Positions 47,680-56,156 of a stretch of 64,000 bases of DNA are shown here, piece by piece. The position numbers and the translations under genes are program-made. Every line of letters begins with the position of its first letter. Position 1 is the stretch's first letter. The stretch covers positions 23,825 to 87,824 of the forward strand of contig CAYZFQ010000011.1 in NCBI GenBank assembly GCA_964477895.1. Direction: 5' to 3'. A model generated the notes under the pieces. The model was not told the origin of the DNA and did not search any database. It was given only the letters and a program-made list of their open reading frames with translations. The DNA comes from an uncultured Bacteriovoracaceae bacterium. GTDB taxonomy: Bacteria; Bdellovibrionota; UBA2428.

Positions 47680-48900
47680 ATGCCCGGGATTATTTTTTCA
47701 GGTTTTTTAGTTTTGGCTTTGGGTGAAAGTTACACTTTTCCCCGTGCTTCCAACACTATTTGGGTTTCGAGCCCCACCTTTGCCGAGACCCAAGTCAAAG
47801 ACGGATCCTTAATTGTGAAAGCAAAGACTGAGGGTGCCTTTTACATCTCCGGTCTGCGTGGTTTTCTCGATCCTCAAAAGATTGTTGTTATAGATGCGCA
47901 AAATTTTTTAGCGTTAAAAAAGTGCCCCGAAGCGCCGCTAAAATTCTCGGAGTCGACTCGTCTGGAACTGGGGCACTACTCTCTGGAGAATCTCAAAAGT
48001 CTGCGTGACTGCGGCTTTCAAAAGATTCGCCTAGGAAAAGACGATCAAAGGCTCAGTGAGTCGCTCTTTTTGACTCGAGAAGCTGCGGCCCGTGAGAAAG
48101 GTTTAAACTTTTCCCACAGCTTTTTTGAGAAGGGTTTGCGAGTTTTAACATTTTCCCAGCCCCAACCCTCGCTTTCTCAAGCTCAAATTTCATTGGATGA
48201 TCTTTATCCCTTCTACGAATTGCGGGGGCGCGAGGGCCCCCGCCCCGGCCGTACTCTCATTTTTCATCTCACCCTTTTTGAGTTTTCCCGCGCCAAGGCC
48301 CAGGCTTTGGGTGTCACCCTCCCCACCCAAATGCAGCTGAATAACCTGCAGGGGCCTAAGGCTCTGGGGATTGGGGTGGATTTTGGAGAGGCTCTCGGGA
48401 TCGGAAAAATTTTAGCCCAGCCGCAGATTCGCACAAAGCCAGGGGAGAAAGCCACCTTTCAAAGCGGAGGAGAGATTCCGATTCCTCAGCGCAGTCTCAG
48501 CAGTGCCCAGACTCTGTGGAAAAATTATGGACTCCTTATAGAACTCGAACCCGATGCCCAACTTCGTAGCGGCGATCCCGAAATCTCTCTACGATTCAAG
48601 GCGGAATTTTCAGAACCCGACCAGGGACTCTCTATTGGGGGGGTGCCAGGCATGCTCACTCGCCGACTCGAAAGTAACTTTGATCTGCGCTGCGATGAAG
48701 AAACGGTGCTGAGCACACTTCTACAGAGTCGGCGCGGCCAGAACCGCCGAGGTCTAGCTGCTCTCACTCAAATTCCACTTTTAGGCCGACTTTTCTCAAA
48801 CGAGCAAAACAACGAACAATCCTCCGAGCTCTGGTTTGCCCTGCGCCCAAGCTGGGAGGAAATAAAGGTTTCCTCTGAATGGACAAAAAAAACTCTTTAA
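47680..48900 (+). CDS. Secretin (type II/IV-pilus/Tad-type outer-membrane channel, CpaC/RcpA-like).
   Basis: Signal peptide. The C-terminal secretin domain reads ...ILAQPQIRTKPGEKATFQSGGEIPI...YGLLIELEPD...GGVPGMLTRRLESNFDLRCDEETVLS...IPLLGRLFS. Confidence 0.7.
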   Translation: MPGIIFSGFLVLALGESYTFPRASNTIWVSSPTFAETQVKDGSLIVKAKTEGAFYISGLRGFLDPQKIVVIDAQNFLALKKCPEAPLKFSESTRLELGHYSLENLKSLRDCGFQKIRLGKDDQRLSESLFLTREAAAREKGLNFSHSFFEKGLRVLTFSQPQPSLSQAQISLDDLYPFYELRGREGPRPGRTLIFHLTLFEFSRAKAQALGVTLPTQMQLNNLQGPKALGIGVDFGEALGIGKILAQPQIRTKPGEKATFQSGGEIPIPQRSLSSAQTLWKNYGLLIELEPDAQLRSGDPEISLRFKAEFSEPDQGLSIGGVPGMLTRRLESNFDLRCDEETVLSTLLQSRRGQNRRGLAALTQIPLLGRLFSNEQNNEQSSELWFALRPSWEEIKVSSEWTKKTL

Positions 48901-49763
48901 CTGTGATCCACGAACTTGTTTCTGATCCCAGGGTTGAGGATTTGCTCCTGAATCCGGAAGGGGTCTTCGCCTATCGCGAAGGCCGTTGGTCTGATGCCTT
49001 AAGTCCTCTCAGCGCGGCTCAGCTTAATGAATGGTCGAGAAAAATCGCCGAACATAGTGGGCAAAATTTAGGACTGACCCAGCCCACCGTGGATGCCTTT
49101 TTGCCCTTTGAAGGAAAATATTTTTTTAGGGCTCATGTGGCTATTTCACCTCTGGTCTTAGCGGGTCCGGTCATCACTTTGCGTCGCCTGCCTCAACTCG
49201 AGGCTTTCTCATTTCGTGATTTTAAAATTCCCCCTCTCTTAGCTGCGCAACTCAGTCGCGGCATCACGGACGGACTTTCTTTTTTAATTTGCGGAAGCAC
49301 GGGATCCGGCAAAAGCAGCTTTCTCACGGCTCTACTACGTCAGGTCGACTCGCATGAACGAGTTCTTATTTTAGAAGACAGTCCAGAACTTCCCCTCCCC
49401 AATGCTCTCTCTACCAAACTCCTTTGCCGTAACGATCGCTTCGGATTTCGAAACGGGGCGACTTGGGACTTGAGTCACCTCCTCTTTGAAAGTCTGCGCA
49501 TGCGTCCCGACCGTTTGGTATTGGGAGAGTGTCGGGGCACTGAGGCCTATGCCGTAGCCCAAGCTCTTCACACGGGACACCGTGGAATCTTCACAACCCT
49601 TCATGCTGGAAGTTGCCTCCAAGGACGCAGGCGCTTTGAGGAACTTTGCCGGGCACACCCCGATTACTCCACACTTCACTTTGAAGAACTTTGGGACTTT
49701 GTCATTTTGCTATCGGAGAATTCCCAAGGGCAGCGCGAAGTCAAAGAATTCTGGAAAAAATAA
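48879..49763 (+). CDS. VirB11/CpaF/TadA-family secretion ATPase (compact, 294 aa).
   Basis: Walker A FLICGSTGSGKSSFL. ILILEDSPEL. DRLVLGECRGTEA. His box GHRGIFTTLHAGS. 22-nt overlap with the secretin gene. Confidence 0.75.
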   Translation: MDKKNSLTVIHELVSDPRVEDLLLNPEGVFAYREGRWSDALSPLSAAQLNEWSRKIAEHSGQNLGLTQPTVDAFLPFEGKYFFRAHVAISPLVLAGPVITLRRLPQLEAFSFRDFKIPPLLAAQLSRGITDGLSFLICGSTGSGKSSFLTALLRQVDSHERVLILEDSPELPLPNALSTKLLCRNDRFGFRNGATWDLSHLLFESLRMRPDRLVLGECRGTEAYAVAQALHTGHRGIFTTLHAGSCLQGRRRFEELCRAHPDYSTLHFEELWDFVILLSENSQGQREVKEFWKK

Positions 49764-49764
49764 A

Positions 49765-50667
49765 ATGCCTGCCTCTAAGAAAATCTCTCAGCTAGCCCTC
49801 AGCTTGGAAATCGTGCTTTTGCGTATTCAAAGCGGCCAGTGCCTCAGCCAAGCTCTCAGACAATTGCCGTCTTTTTCGATGCCCCGTGGACTTTGCGAAA
49901 ATTGGCTTAACCTTCGTCAGCAAATGGAGGAGGGTCGAATCTCCTGCGAACTCGGCCTTAAGTCTTACATTGATCAACTGCGCCTGGAAGAAGAGTTGCT
50001 GGCAAAACTCCACGAGAAAACCCTCCTTCCAAAACTCCAGCTTTACCTTATCATCGCAGGTGCCCTGGCTTTTGGATCAAGCACTCAGTTTTTTTATCCT
50101 CCCCATCTCCAACCCCAACCTAGCCAGTGTGCTTGGTCTTTGGTCTTGCTCGCAACCGCGGCGTTGTGGATGCATTGGGAACTTCGACGCTTTGCGAGCC
50201 AGCTCTGGTATTGTGAATGGATATTCTTCCTCTCTCGACTTCGGGCCCAGCTGGTCTGGGGCCAAACGCTGAGCTCTTCATTTGCAAAAAGTTACTCCAA
50301 AAAGGAGCTGGGCCGCCTACCCAGCTCCCTCAAGGACAGCCTGATTCAATTTGCCACTCACCTTCACCAGGGGCAAATTGATCGCTTTGCTACCGAAAGT
50401 GGAAGAAAAAACTTTCAGGCTTTTTCTGAAGAATGGAAAGTTCAAGAAGAGCTTTGTGCCATGGCCGACCTTGAAGCCCAAGGCCAAGGCCTGGCTGTCT
50501 ATATCGAAAAAACAATCAGTCTTTCGCACTCCACCTTTGAGCGTAAACTTTCTCTGCAAACACAGATTCTCAGTTTGCGGCTCTTAGCCCCACTTTTTTT
50601 ATTCTGTGTCCCCTCTTTTTTATTGATCATCTTTGCCCCGCTGCTGAATGCGCTGAAAGCACTCTAA
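49765..50667 (+). CDS. TadB/TadC/GspF-like inner-membrane platform protein (putative).
   Basis: ATG immediately after the ATPase stop. GspF-like segment LSLEIVLLRIQSGQCLSQAL. C-terminal transmembrane helix LLAPLFLFCVPSFLLIIFAPLL. About 300 aa. Confidence 0.45.
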   Translation: MPASKKISQLALSLEIVLLRIQSGQCLSQALRQLPSFSMPRGLCENWLNLRQQMEEGRISCELGLKSYIDQLRLEEELLAKLHEKTLLPKLQLYLIIAGALAFGSSTQFFYPPHLQPQPSQCAWSLVLLATAALWMHWELRRFASQLWYCEWIFFLSRLRAQLVWGQTLSSSFAKSYSKKELGRLPSSLKDSLIQFATHLHQGQIDRFATESGRKNFQAFSEEWKVQEELCAMADLEAQGQGLAVYIEKTISLSHSTFERKLSLQTQILSLRLLAPLFLFCVPSFLLIIFAPLLNALKAL

Positions 50668-50701
50668 ATTCTGACTTCGGTTTTGGTCGAAGCCCACCTA
50701 G

Positions 50702-50727
50702 TGTAGGACTTAGTCATTTTTTACCAC
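50702..50727. repeat. Left copy of a perfect 26-bp inverted repeat (TGTAGGACTTAGTCATTTTTTACCAC) flanking the XRE-family gene.
   Basis: Exact reverse complement of 51271-51296. Read directly from the sequence. Confidence 0.8.
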
Positions 50728-50774
50728 TTGGCTTCGGCATCTACGCCAGGCCCAGGTTTTGCAAAGGCAAAGCC

Positions 50775-51257
50775 ATGTCTAATCATGAGCACTTTAGTAA
50801 ATTCTCTAAGCAATACTTTCGAAACTTTTTCAAAAGGTGGCATCGGGAATGGGGGCGGTCTCGGCCCTTTATTTTTATACATCTTAATTCTCAAAATTTT
50901 GAACTGACTTTTGTGGACGAACTAGCGACTGGAGATTTATCCACGATTCTCGAGAATCCTCGCAGCCTCCACCTTAAAATGAGAGCTTTTCGAGTTCAGG
51001 CTGGATTGTCGCAGCAAGAATGGGCAAAGAAACTGGGAGTATCTGCTTCCAATGTCACAAAAATCGAACGGGGAAGCCGAGAACCTGGCCTGAAGATTAT
51101 TCGAAAATTTTGCGAATACGTGGCGACATGCTCTGCGCCTCCAACGATAGATAGCACCAGCACTACGGATTCACAGACTCCAAAGAAGCGAAGTCTTCCC
51201 GGAGTAGACGACGATACGGCCATATTAAAATGGCTTAGCTCCCTGCGGCGCCGGTGA
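50775..51257 (+). CDS. XRE-family helix-turn-helix protein.
   Basis: LKMRAFRVQAGLSQQEWAKKLGVSASNVTKIERGSREP (HTH_XRE). Lies between two 26-bp inverted repeats. Confidence 0.6.
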   Translation: MSNHEHFSKFSKQYFRNFFKRWHREWGRSRPFIFIHLNSQNFELTFVDELATGDLSTILENPRSLHLKMRAFRVQAGLSQQEWAKKLGVSASNVTKIERGSREPGLKIIRKFCEYVATCSAPPTIDSTSTTDSQTPKKRSLPGVDDDTAILKWLSSLRRR

Positions 51258-51270
51258 ATCGAAGCCTTGG

Positions 51271-51296
51271 GTGGTAAAAAATGACTAAGTCCTACA
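51271..51296. repeat. Right copy of the 26-bp inverted repeat (GTGGTAAAAAATGACTAAGTCCTACA).
   Basis: Exact reverse complement of 50702-50727. Confidence 0.8.
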
Positions 51297-51339
51297 TGAG
51301 ACGAGGACGCATAATCTATAAGCCGCAAAGCTACCGGCA

Positions 51340-52290
51340 CTAGATCTCCAAAATATTTTTCTTTGCGGGACCCTCTAACAATTCTTTAGGCAAAGATTCC
51401 AAAATGCATTTTTCCAGGGCACCCAAAATATCCGTCTTCCACTGCTCTCGTCGATAGACCAGAGAAATCTCCCGTACCGGTTGCGCACCGGCAAAACTTC
51501 GAAGCTGCGATTTCTTCTCAGCCGAAGTGAGGTGCTCTACAAAAAGCTGGGGCAGCAAAGTGTATCCCCGGCCTCGAAGTATTAAGTAGCGTAGGGTTTC
51601 TAAATTGGCCCCCTCAAAGTGAATATTTTTATAAAGACTTCGAGTGCCACGGGGTGTGCACAGGTGAATGACCTGATTTCTCAAGCAGTGTCCGTCCTTA
51701 AGAAGCCACAAGTCTTCACCCTTAAGATCCTGCGGTCGAATTTCCTGGAGCCTTCCAAGTGAAGAGTTTTTGTGAAAGTACAAATAGAACCTTTCGTAAA
51801 ATAGCTTTCTCTCGAACAAGACTTTCTCATGAAGTGGGGTGGCTAAAATCGCGGCGTCGAGCTGGTCTTTGACCAAGGCCTCTACACAGTCTTCGGTCTT
51901 CATTTCATCCACTAGTAAGTCCACCTGAGGAAAGTCCTTTGAAAATTGTCCTGCAAAAAGAGGCAACAAATAGGGAGCCAGGGTTGGAATCATAGCCAGA
52001 CGAAAGTCTCCACTTAGGATTTTTTCGTCGGCACGACTCATATGCAAAAGCTTATTGTGTTCTCGAAGAACAGCCTGAGCCTGATCAATAAATCTTCGAC
52101 CTTTGTCGGTGGCCAAAATGGGTTTTTTCATCCGATCGAATATCAGAAAACCGATCTCCGCTTCCACCTTCTGAATTTGCATGCTCAAACTGGGTTGGGA
52201 GATGTGACAATGCCTTGAAGCCTGGGCGAAATGCCGAAATTTATCAACGGCCACAATATATTCTAACTGGCTTAGGGTGGGCATAAGCAC
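51340..52290 (-). CDS. oxyR: LysR-family regulator, OxyR-like.
   Basis: N-terminal HTH MPTLSQLEYIVAVDKFRHFAQASRHCHISQPSLSMQIQKVE. GHCLRNQVIHLC gives the Cys-x8-Cys redox pair spacing of OxyR. Divergent from ahpC. Confidence 0.8.
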   Translation of the reverse strand: MLMPTLSQLEYIVAVDKFRHFAQASRHCHISQPSLSMQIQKVEAEIGFLIFDRMKKPILATDKGRRFIDQAQAVLREHNKLLHMSRADEKILSGDFRLAMIPTLAPYLLPLFAGQFSKDFPQVDLLVDEMKTEDCVEALVKDQLDAAILATPLHEKVLFERKLFYERFYLYFHKNSSLGRLQEIRPQDLKGEDLWLLKDGHCLRNQVIHLCTPRGTRSLYKNIHFEGANLETLRYLILRGRGYTLLPQLFVEHLTSAEKKSQLRSFAGAQPVREISLVYRREQWKTDILGALEKCILESLPKELLEGPAKKNILEI

Positions 52291-52301
52291 TCCTTCATTT
52301 T

Positions 52302-52337
52302 ATAGCTTTAAACTATCATTATATAGAAACAATCGAT
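52302..52337. promoter_or_regulatory. Putative OxyR binding site in the oxyR-ahpC divergent region.
   Basis: The sequence ATAG-n7-CTAT-n6-ATAG-n7-CGAT is close to the ATAG-n7-CTAT-n7-ATAG-n7-CTAT consensus. Confidence 0.45.
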
Positions 52338-52405
52338 TTTATATATCTTAAAATTTGGGCCATAGTCAGATCTTCAACCCACTAAAAATTTTAGGAGAAA
52401 ACAAA

Positions 52406-52939
52406 ATGTTAGGAATAGGAAAAAAGTTCCCAGATTTTAAGGTCAAAGCCACAGTGTCCACCGACCCCAAAACCGCCTTTGCGGATATCACTCGCCATGA
52501 TTTCAAAGGGAAGTGGCTTGTGCTCTTTTTTTACCCTAAGGACTTCACCTTCGTGTGCCCCACCGAGATCAAGGCCTTCGGCGACTTAAACGGTCAATTT
52601 AAAGACCGTGACGCTCAACTTCTTACAGCCAGCGTGGACTCAGAATTTGTTCACTTGGCTTGGCGGCAAAATCATGCCGATTTAAAGGACTTGCCCATCC
52701 CCATGTTGGCCGACGTCAAACGAGACCTCTCCACCCAATTGGGCATTTTAGACGAAAACGAAGGTGTCTCTCAAAGAGCCACCTACATCGTGGACCCCGA
52801 TGGCATCATTCGTTTTGTTTATGTGACAGATCTTAATGTAGGTCGAAATCCCAAAGAAGTCTTACGAGTACTCGACGCTTTGCAAACGGATGAACTCTGT
52901 CCCTGCAACTGGGAAAAGGGTCAAAAAACTTTAGGATAA
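52406..52939 (+). CDS. ahpC: 2-Cys peroxiredoxin AhpC.
   Basis: FTFVCPTEI peroxidatic-Cys motif. AGGAG n8 ATG at 52406. Resolving Cys near the C-terminus (ELCPCNWEKG). Confidence 0.9.
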   Translation: MLGIGKKFPDFKVKATVSTDPKTAFADITRHDFKGKWLVLFFYPKDFTFVCPTEIKAFGDLNGQFKDRDAQLLTASVDSEFVHLAWRQNHADLKDLPIPMLADVKRDLSTQLGILDENEGVSQRATYIVDPDGIIRFVYVTDLNVGRNPKEVLRVLDALQTDELCPCNWEKGQKTLG

Positions 52940-52951
52940 TAGGAGGACCCT

Positions 52952-53473
52952 GTGAATCAGATTAGAGAAAAACTAAAAGACTACGCCAAGGATCAAAAAC
53001 TTAACTTAGAGGCGGTGCTGAGCGAGGAAGGCGCTCCGGGCCTCAGCATAGTCCAGCTCTGGGGGGTGGCTCTGGCCTCGGCCTACTTTACAAAAAATCC
53101 GGAGCTCGTGAGTGCCATCGCTAGCGAATCAGCACCGCATCTAAATGCGCAGACCTTAGAGGCCGCCAAAGCCGCTGCCACTGTCATGGCCATGAACAAC
53201 ATTTACTACCGCTTTCTGCACCTGAGTGAAGACAAAGAATATGGCAAAATGCCTGCGAAGTTGCGGATGAATATTTTAGCTCGTCCCGTTATTCCTAAAG
53301 TGGATTTTGAACTGATGGCCTTGGCCGTGTCGGCTCTATCGGGTTGCGGCCTTTGCATCAACTCGCACGTGGCCGAAGTTAAAAAGGCAGGAGTGACTAA
53401 CGAGGGAGTGCAGTCGACGGTGCGTATCGCAGCTGTATTAAATGCCACAGCTCAAGCTCTCAGCATTAACTAA
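52952..53473 (+). CDS. ahpD: Alkylhydroperoxidase AhpD-family (carboxymuconolactone decarboxylase family) protein.
   Basis: LSGCGLCINSHV carries the AhpD CxxxH motif (CINSH). Confidence 0.8.
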   Translation: MNQIREKLKDYAKDQKLNLEAVLSEEGAPGLSIVQLWGVALASAYFTKNPELVSAIASESAPHLNAQTLEAAKAAATVMAMNNIYYRFLHLSEDKEYGKMPAKLRMNILARPVIPKVDFELMALAVSALSGCGLCINSHVAEVKKAGVTNEGVQSTVRIAAVLNATAQALSIN

Positions 53474-53476
53474 CTA

Positions 53477-54070
53477 TTAAGGGAGAGGTGCAAAAATCAG
53501 TGTCACGGCCTGAGGGGCTTCTGCCCAAACCACCGTAAGTTCTGTTTTTTTATCAGGCGAAGTCCAGAAGCTTCGATCAGGCCGAGGCTTGCCCGTAGGA
53601 CTTCGTCTGGTAAATCCCAGCTTTTGAGCGCTGCGGATCCAAAAATCTCGCTGCTTCACGCCTTTGCCATCCAGAGTGATTCGGCGCAAACTTCGCTTGG
53701 TCCCACCCACCAAGTCTTCGTTCAAGGTGAGCACCACCGCCTCAAAACCTTCCTCGCGAAGCACACAAGCAAAGGCGGCAATAGTGCTATTAGCTGCGCT
53801 TTTTCGCCTCAGTTCACAGTCGGCACCCGGATTATCGGAAGTCACCGCCTCACCCCACTGTATGTTTTTAACCACGAGGCCTTTCTCAACCCCTCTCAAG
53901 TCAAAAAAATTAATCACTCCGTTATTTTCGAGAGCAGCATTGAGGATTTCATCTTCTTTTTTAGATTCCGATGAAAGTGAATCTTGGGGGGCGGACTTCT
54001 TAGACGAACACGCCACCATTCCCCACATCACCATGGCACCTAAAAAAACCGGTAAAAATTTATTCGTCAT
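53477..54070 (-). CDS. Lipoprotein, hypothetical.
   Basis: MTNKFLPVFLGAMVMWGMVACSS has a lipobox (VAC). Confidence 0.45.
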   Translation of the reverse strand: MTNKFLPVFLGAMVMWGMVACSSKKSAPQDSLSSESKKEDEILNAALENNGVINFFDLRGVEKGLVVKNIQWGEAVTSDNPGADCELRRKSAANSTIAAFACVLREEGFEAVVLTLNEDLVGGTKRSLRRITLDGKGVKQRDFWIRSAQKLGFTRRSPTGKPRPDRSFWTSPDKKTELTVVWAEAPQAVTLIFAPLP

Positions 54071-54094
54071 TATAAAAATACTCCCTGAAAAATA

Positions 54095-55240
54095 TTAAAA
54101 GCGATATTCCGCTCCGCCGCAAATCCAGGCATAAAAACTAGAAGAAATTAAGGTCCTCAGTCCCGCGTAAGCCAAGATTTGGGGACTAAAAGAGTAGGTC
54201 CCCCGCACTCCTAAATTGAGCCGAAGTCCACTTGTTCCACTTCCCAGTCCCTCGGCATCCATGACCTCTTTGGTGAATCCATTGTTGTTAATTTGCGAAC
54301 GCACATAGGTGAATCCGGCCTCCGGAGCCACACCCCAAGGACCCGGGCTCGGCAGAAAAAAATACCGACCCAAAAAAGAATAAGTGTAATATTTAACGGC
54401 TAGAGTCCGCGTGCCCGAAGACAATTTTTCTCCCATAAAATAGCCAAAGAGAAAGGCGGCCTCAATTCGATCGCTCGGGCGCCCGGCTAAGCCCTTTGGA
54501 TATAAATTCATCGAGTAACCCAAGGCCAAACCGGCATTGTAACCTTGGTTGGCGTAAAGCACTTCAGTCGCCACCGAGTGCATGGAGCCCCGGGGAATCC
54601 GATCTTTTTTATCTAATTTGACATAGGCTGAGGGGAACCACCCCTCTTCGCCGGTTATTTTTAGACGCAGCTTCGACCATTTTTTATTCGAGCTTTTTTG
54701 CACGATCACAACTTCGTCACCTTTTTCAATGAGTCCATAACGCTCAGCCATGGCGAAGGGAGACTGAAAAAATTGGCCACCTCGAGCGGCAATGTAGCGA
54801 TCGTCTTTGGGATCACCCTCGTCGATGAGCTCGTCGTCCAGCTCATTGTCGAGTTCCGCGGCCCTTGGGTCCTCGTCGGACTCGTCTTGAAAGGGAGCGG
54901 GCTTGGGAAAATTTTCATCGTTCTCTGGAGCGGGCGGGAGAGGCTCGGCCCCCGGAGCTGTGGCAATAGAGCCCCCTAGAGAAATATCACTTCGGCGGAC
55001 CCATCCCATTTGAGACCCTACTTTGACCTTTATCCAGGCCCCTGGAGCCTTGCCGATGGCCTCCATACCCTGCCCAGCGCTGAGCTGGCGCAAGGTGACA
55101 GCGCCCGCCTGAGGGGAGCTTTTAAGGGGAACCTGACCGAGGGTGCTTACTGGCAAGGCGCTAGCCGCGAGACCGTAAATGAGGCCAATAGCGACGCCTA
55201 GCCCGCGAAAAGATTGATAAATCACATCCCCACCCTTCAT
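54095..55240 (-). CDS. Outer-membrane beta-barrel protein with two N-terminal SH3-like domains (hypothetical).
   Basis: Signal-like N-terminus. Two SH3b-like segments (GAWIKVKVGSQMGWVRRSDISL; GWFPSAYVKL) separated by an acidic linker. Alternating beta-strand pattern, and the protein ends ...AEYRF with a terminal Phe. Confidence 0.5.
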   Translation of the reverse strand: MKGGDVIYQSFRGLGVAIGLIYGLAASALPVSTLGQVPLKSSPQAGAVTLRQLSAGQGMEAIGKAPGAWIKVKVGSQMGWVRRSDISLGGSIATAPGAEPLPPAPENDENFPKPAPFQDESDEDPRAAELDNELDDELIDEGDPKDDRYIAARGGQFFQSPFAMAERYGLIEKGDEVVIVQKSSNKKWSKLRLKITGEEGWFPSAYVKLDKKDRIPRGSMHSVATEVLYANQGYNAGLALGYSMNLYPKGLAGRPSDRIEAAFLFGYFMGEKLSSGTRTLAVKYYTYSFLGRYFFLPSPGPWGVAPEAGFTYVRSQINNNGFTKEVMDAEGLGSGTSGLRLNLGVRGTYSFSPQILAYAGLRTLISSSFYAWICGGAEYRF

Positions 55241-55294
55241 TTAAATTTAACACACAAAGGACCTAGGACTAGGTTAGGATAGAACTTGTAATGC

Positions 55295-55888
55295 ATGGCG
55301 TTATTTAAGGGGACGCCTCAAAATATGAATATTAATGCAGATTCCTCTGTGCCTTCCGTTGGTTCAGTTCTAATTTTGGAGGACGAGATTCTCATGAGCG
55401 CTCTCCTTGAGAGATACATCCAGAATCTTTCATCAACGGGCCGATATGGAGTTTTAGAACCCGTGGTTTTCCACTCGGGCTTAGACCTCCTCAATCAAGA
55501 CCTAAGTCACTACCGAGTCGCGGTTGTGGATATCCTCCTTCCCCAAATTACGGGCCTCGATTTAATCAGAGACTTTAAAGGCCGCTTTCCTCAAATGGGT
55601 CTTGTTCCCATTTCAGGCATGGCCACCATAACAATGCAGCGTACGCTCAAAGAAATACTTCCCGCGGGAACTGAACTTCTCGCCAAGCCCCTCCACAAAG
55701 AAGCCTTTAACCAAGCCTTTGATAAGGCATGGCTAAATTCCTTTAATCAGCAGCTCCAGCCACGCCCGTCTCACCCCTTGAAGGAGGGGGAAGAGGAACT
55801 GTGGACGGCTGGGAAGTCCCTCAACACGCTTGAGATACCCACCTTGCACCGGAAGCTGCTCCGTAAAAAGACCGGAACCGACAGCTAA
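55295..55888 (+). CDS. Single-domain response regulator (CheY-like receiver).
   Basis: VLILEDEILM...VAVVDILLP...VPISG...LAKP are the receiver residues. Possible later start at 55325. Confidence 0.6.
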   Translation: MALFKGTPQNMNINADSSVPSVGSVLILEDEILMSALLERYIQNLSSTGRYGVLEPVVFHSGLDLLNQDLSHYRVAVVDILLPQITGLDLIRDFKGRFPQMGLVPISGMATITMQRTLKEILPAGTELLAKPLHKEAFNQAFDKAWLNSFNQQLQPRPSHPLKEGEEELWTAGKSLNTLEIPTLHRKLLRKKTGTDS

Positions 55889-55998
55889 GTCGGACCTGGG
55901 TTAGCTACAAAGGAGAGAAAGAATGGCACGTTTAAAACGAAACTTTCATATTTTGGAAATTCTATTCAGACATGCGGGTGGCCCACCCAAATAAATTC

Positions 55999-56042
55999 CC
56001 GGAATTCAGGTATACCGGTTAACCAGTATACCTGAATTCCGG
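55999..56042. repeat. 44-bp near-perfect palindrome (17-bp arms CCGGAATTCAGGTATAC / GTATACCTGAATTCCGG around C-GGTTAACC-A) between the response-regulator gene and rpsA. It may act as a terminator or a protein-binding site.
   Basis: Read directly from the sequence. Followed by TTTGCATTTTGCC. Confidence 0.55.
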
Positions 56043-56156
56043 TTTGCATTTTGCCCGGTTTAAAGCCTTTGACTCCTGTAAAATTCTCTCCTAGCTTCCG
56101 CCTCTGGTTAAAATGCCACTAAGGGATTTTACCAAGGAGGATCAAAAAAACTTTTC

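Noticed and set aside
55999-56042. Whether the 44-bp palindrome is a CRISPR repeat or IS terminal repeat.
   Set aside because: It is a single copy with no spacer-repeat periodicity and no adjacent transposase.
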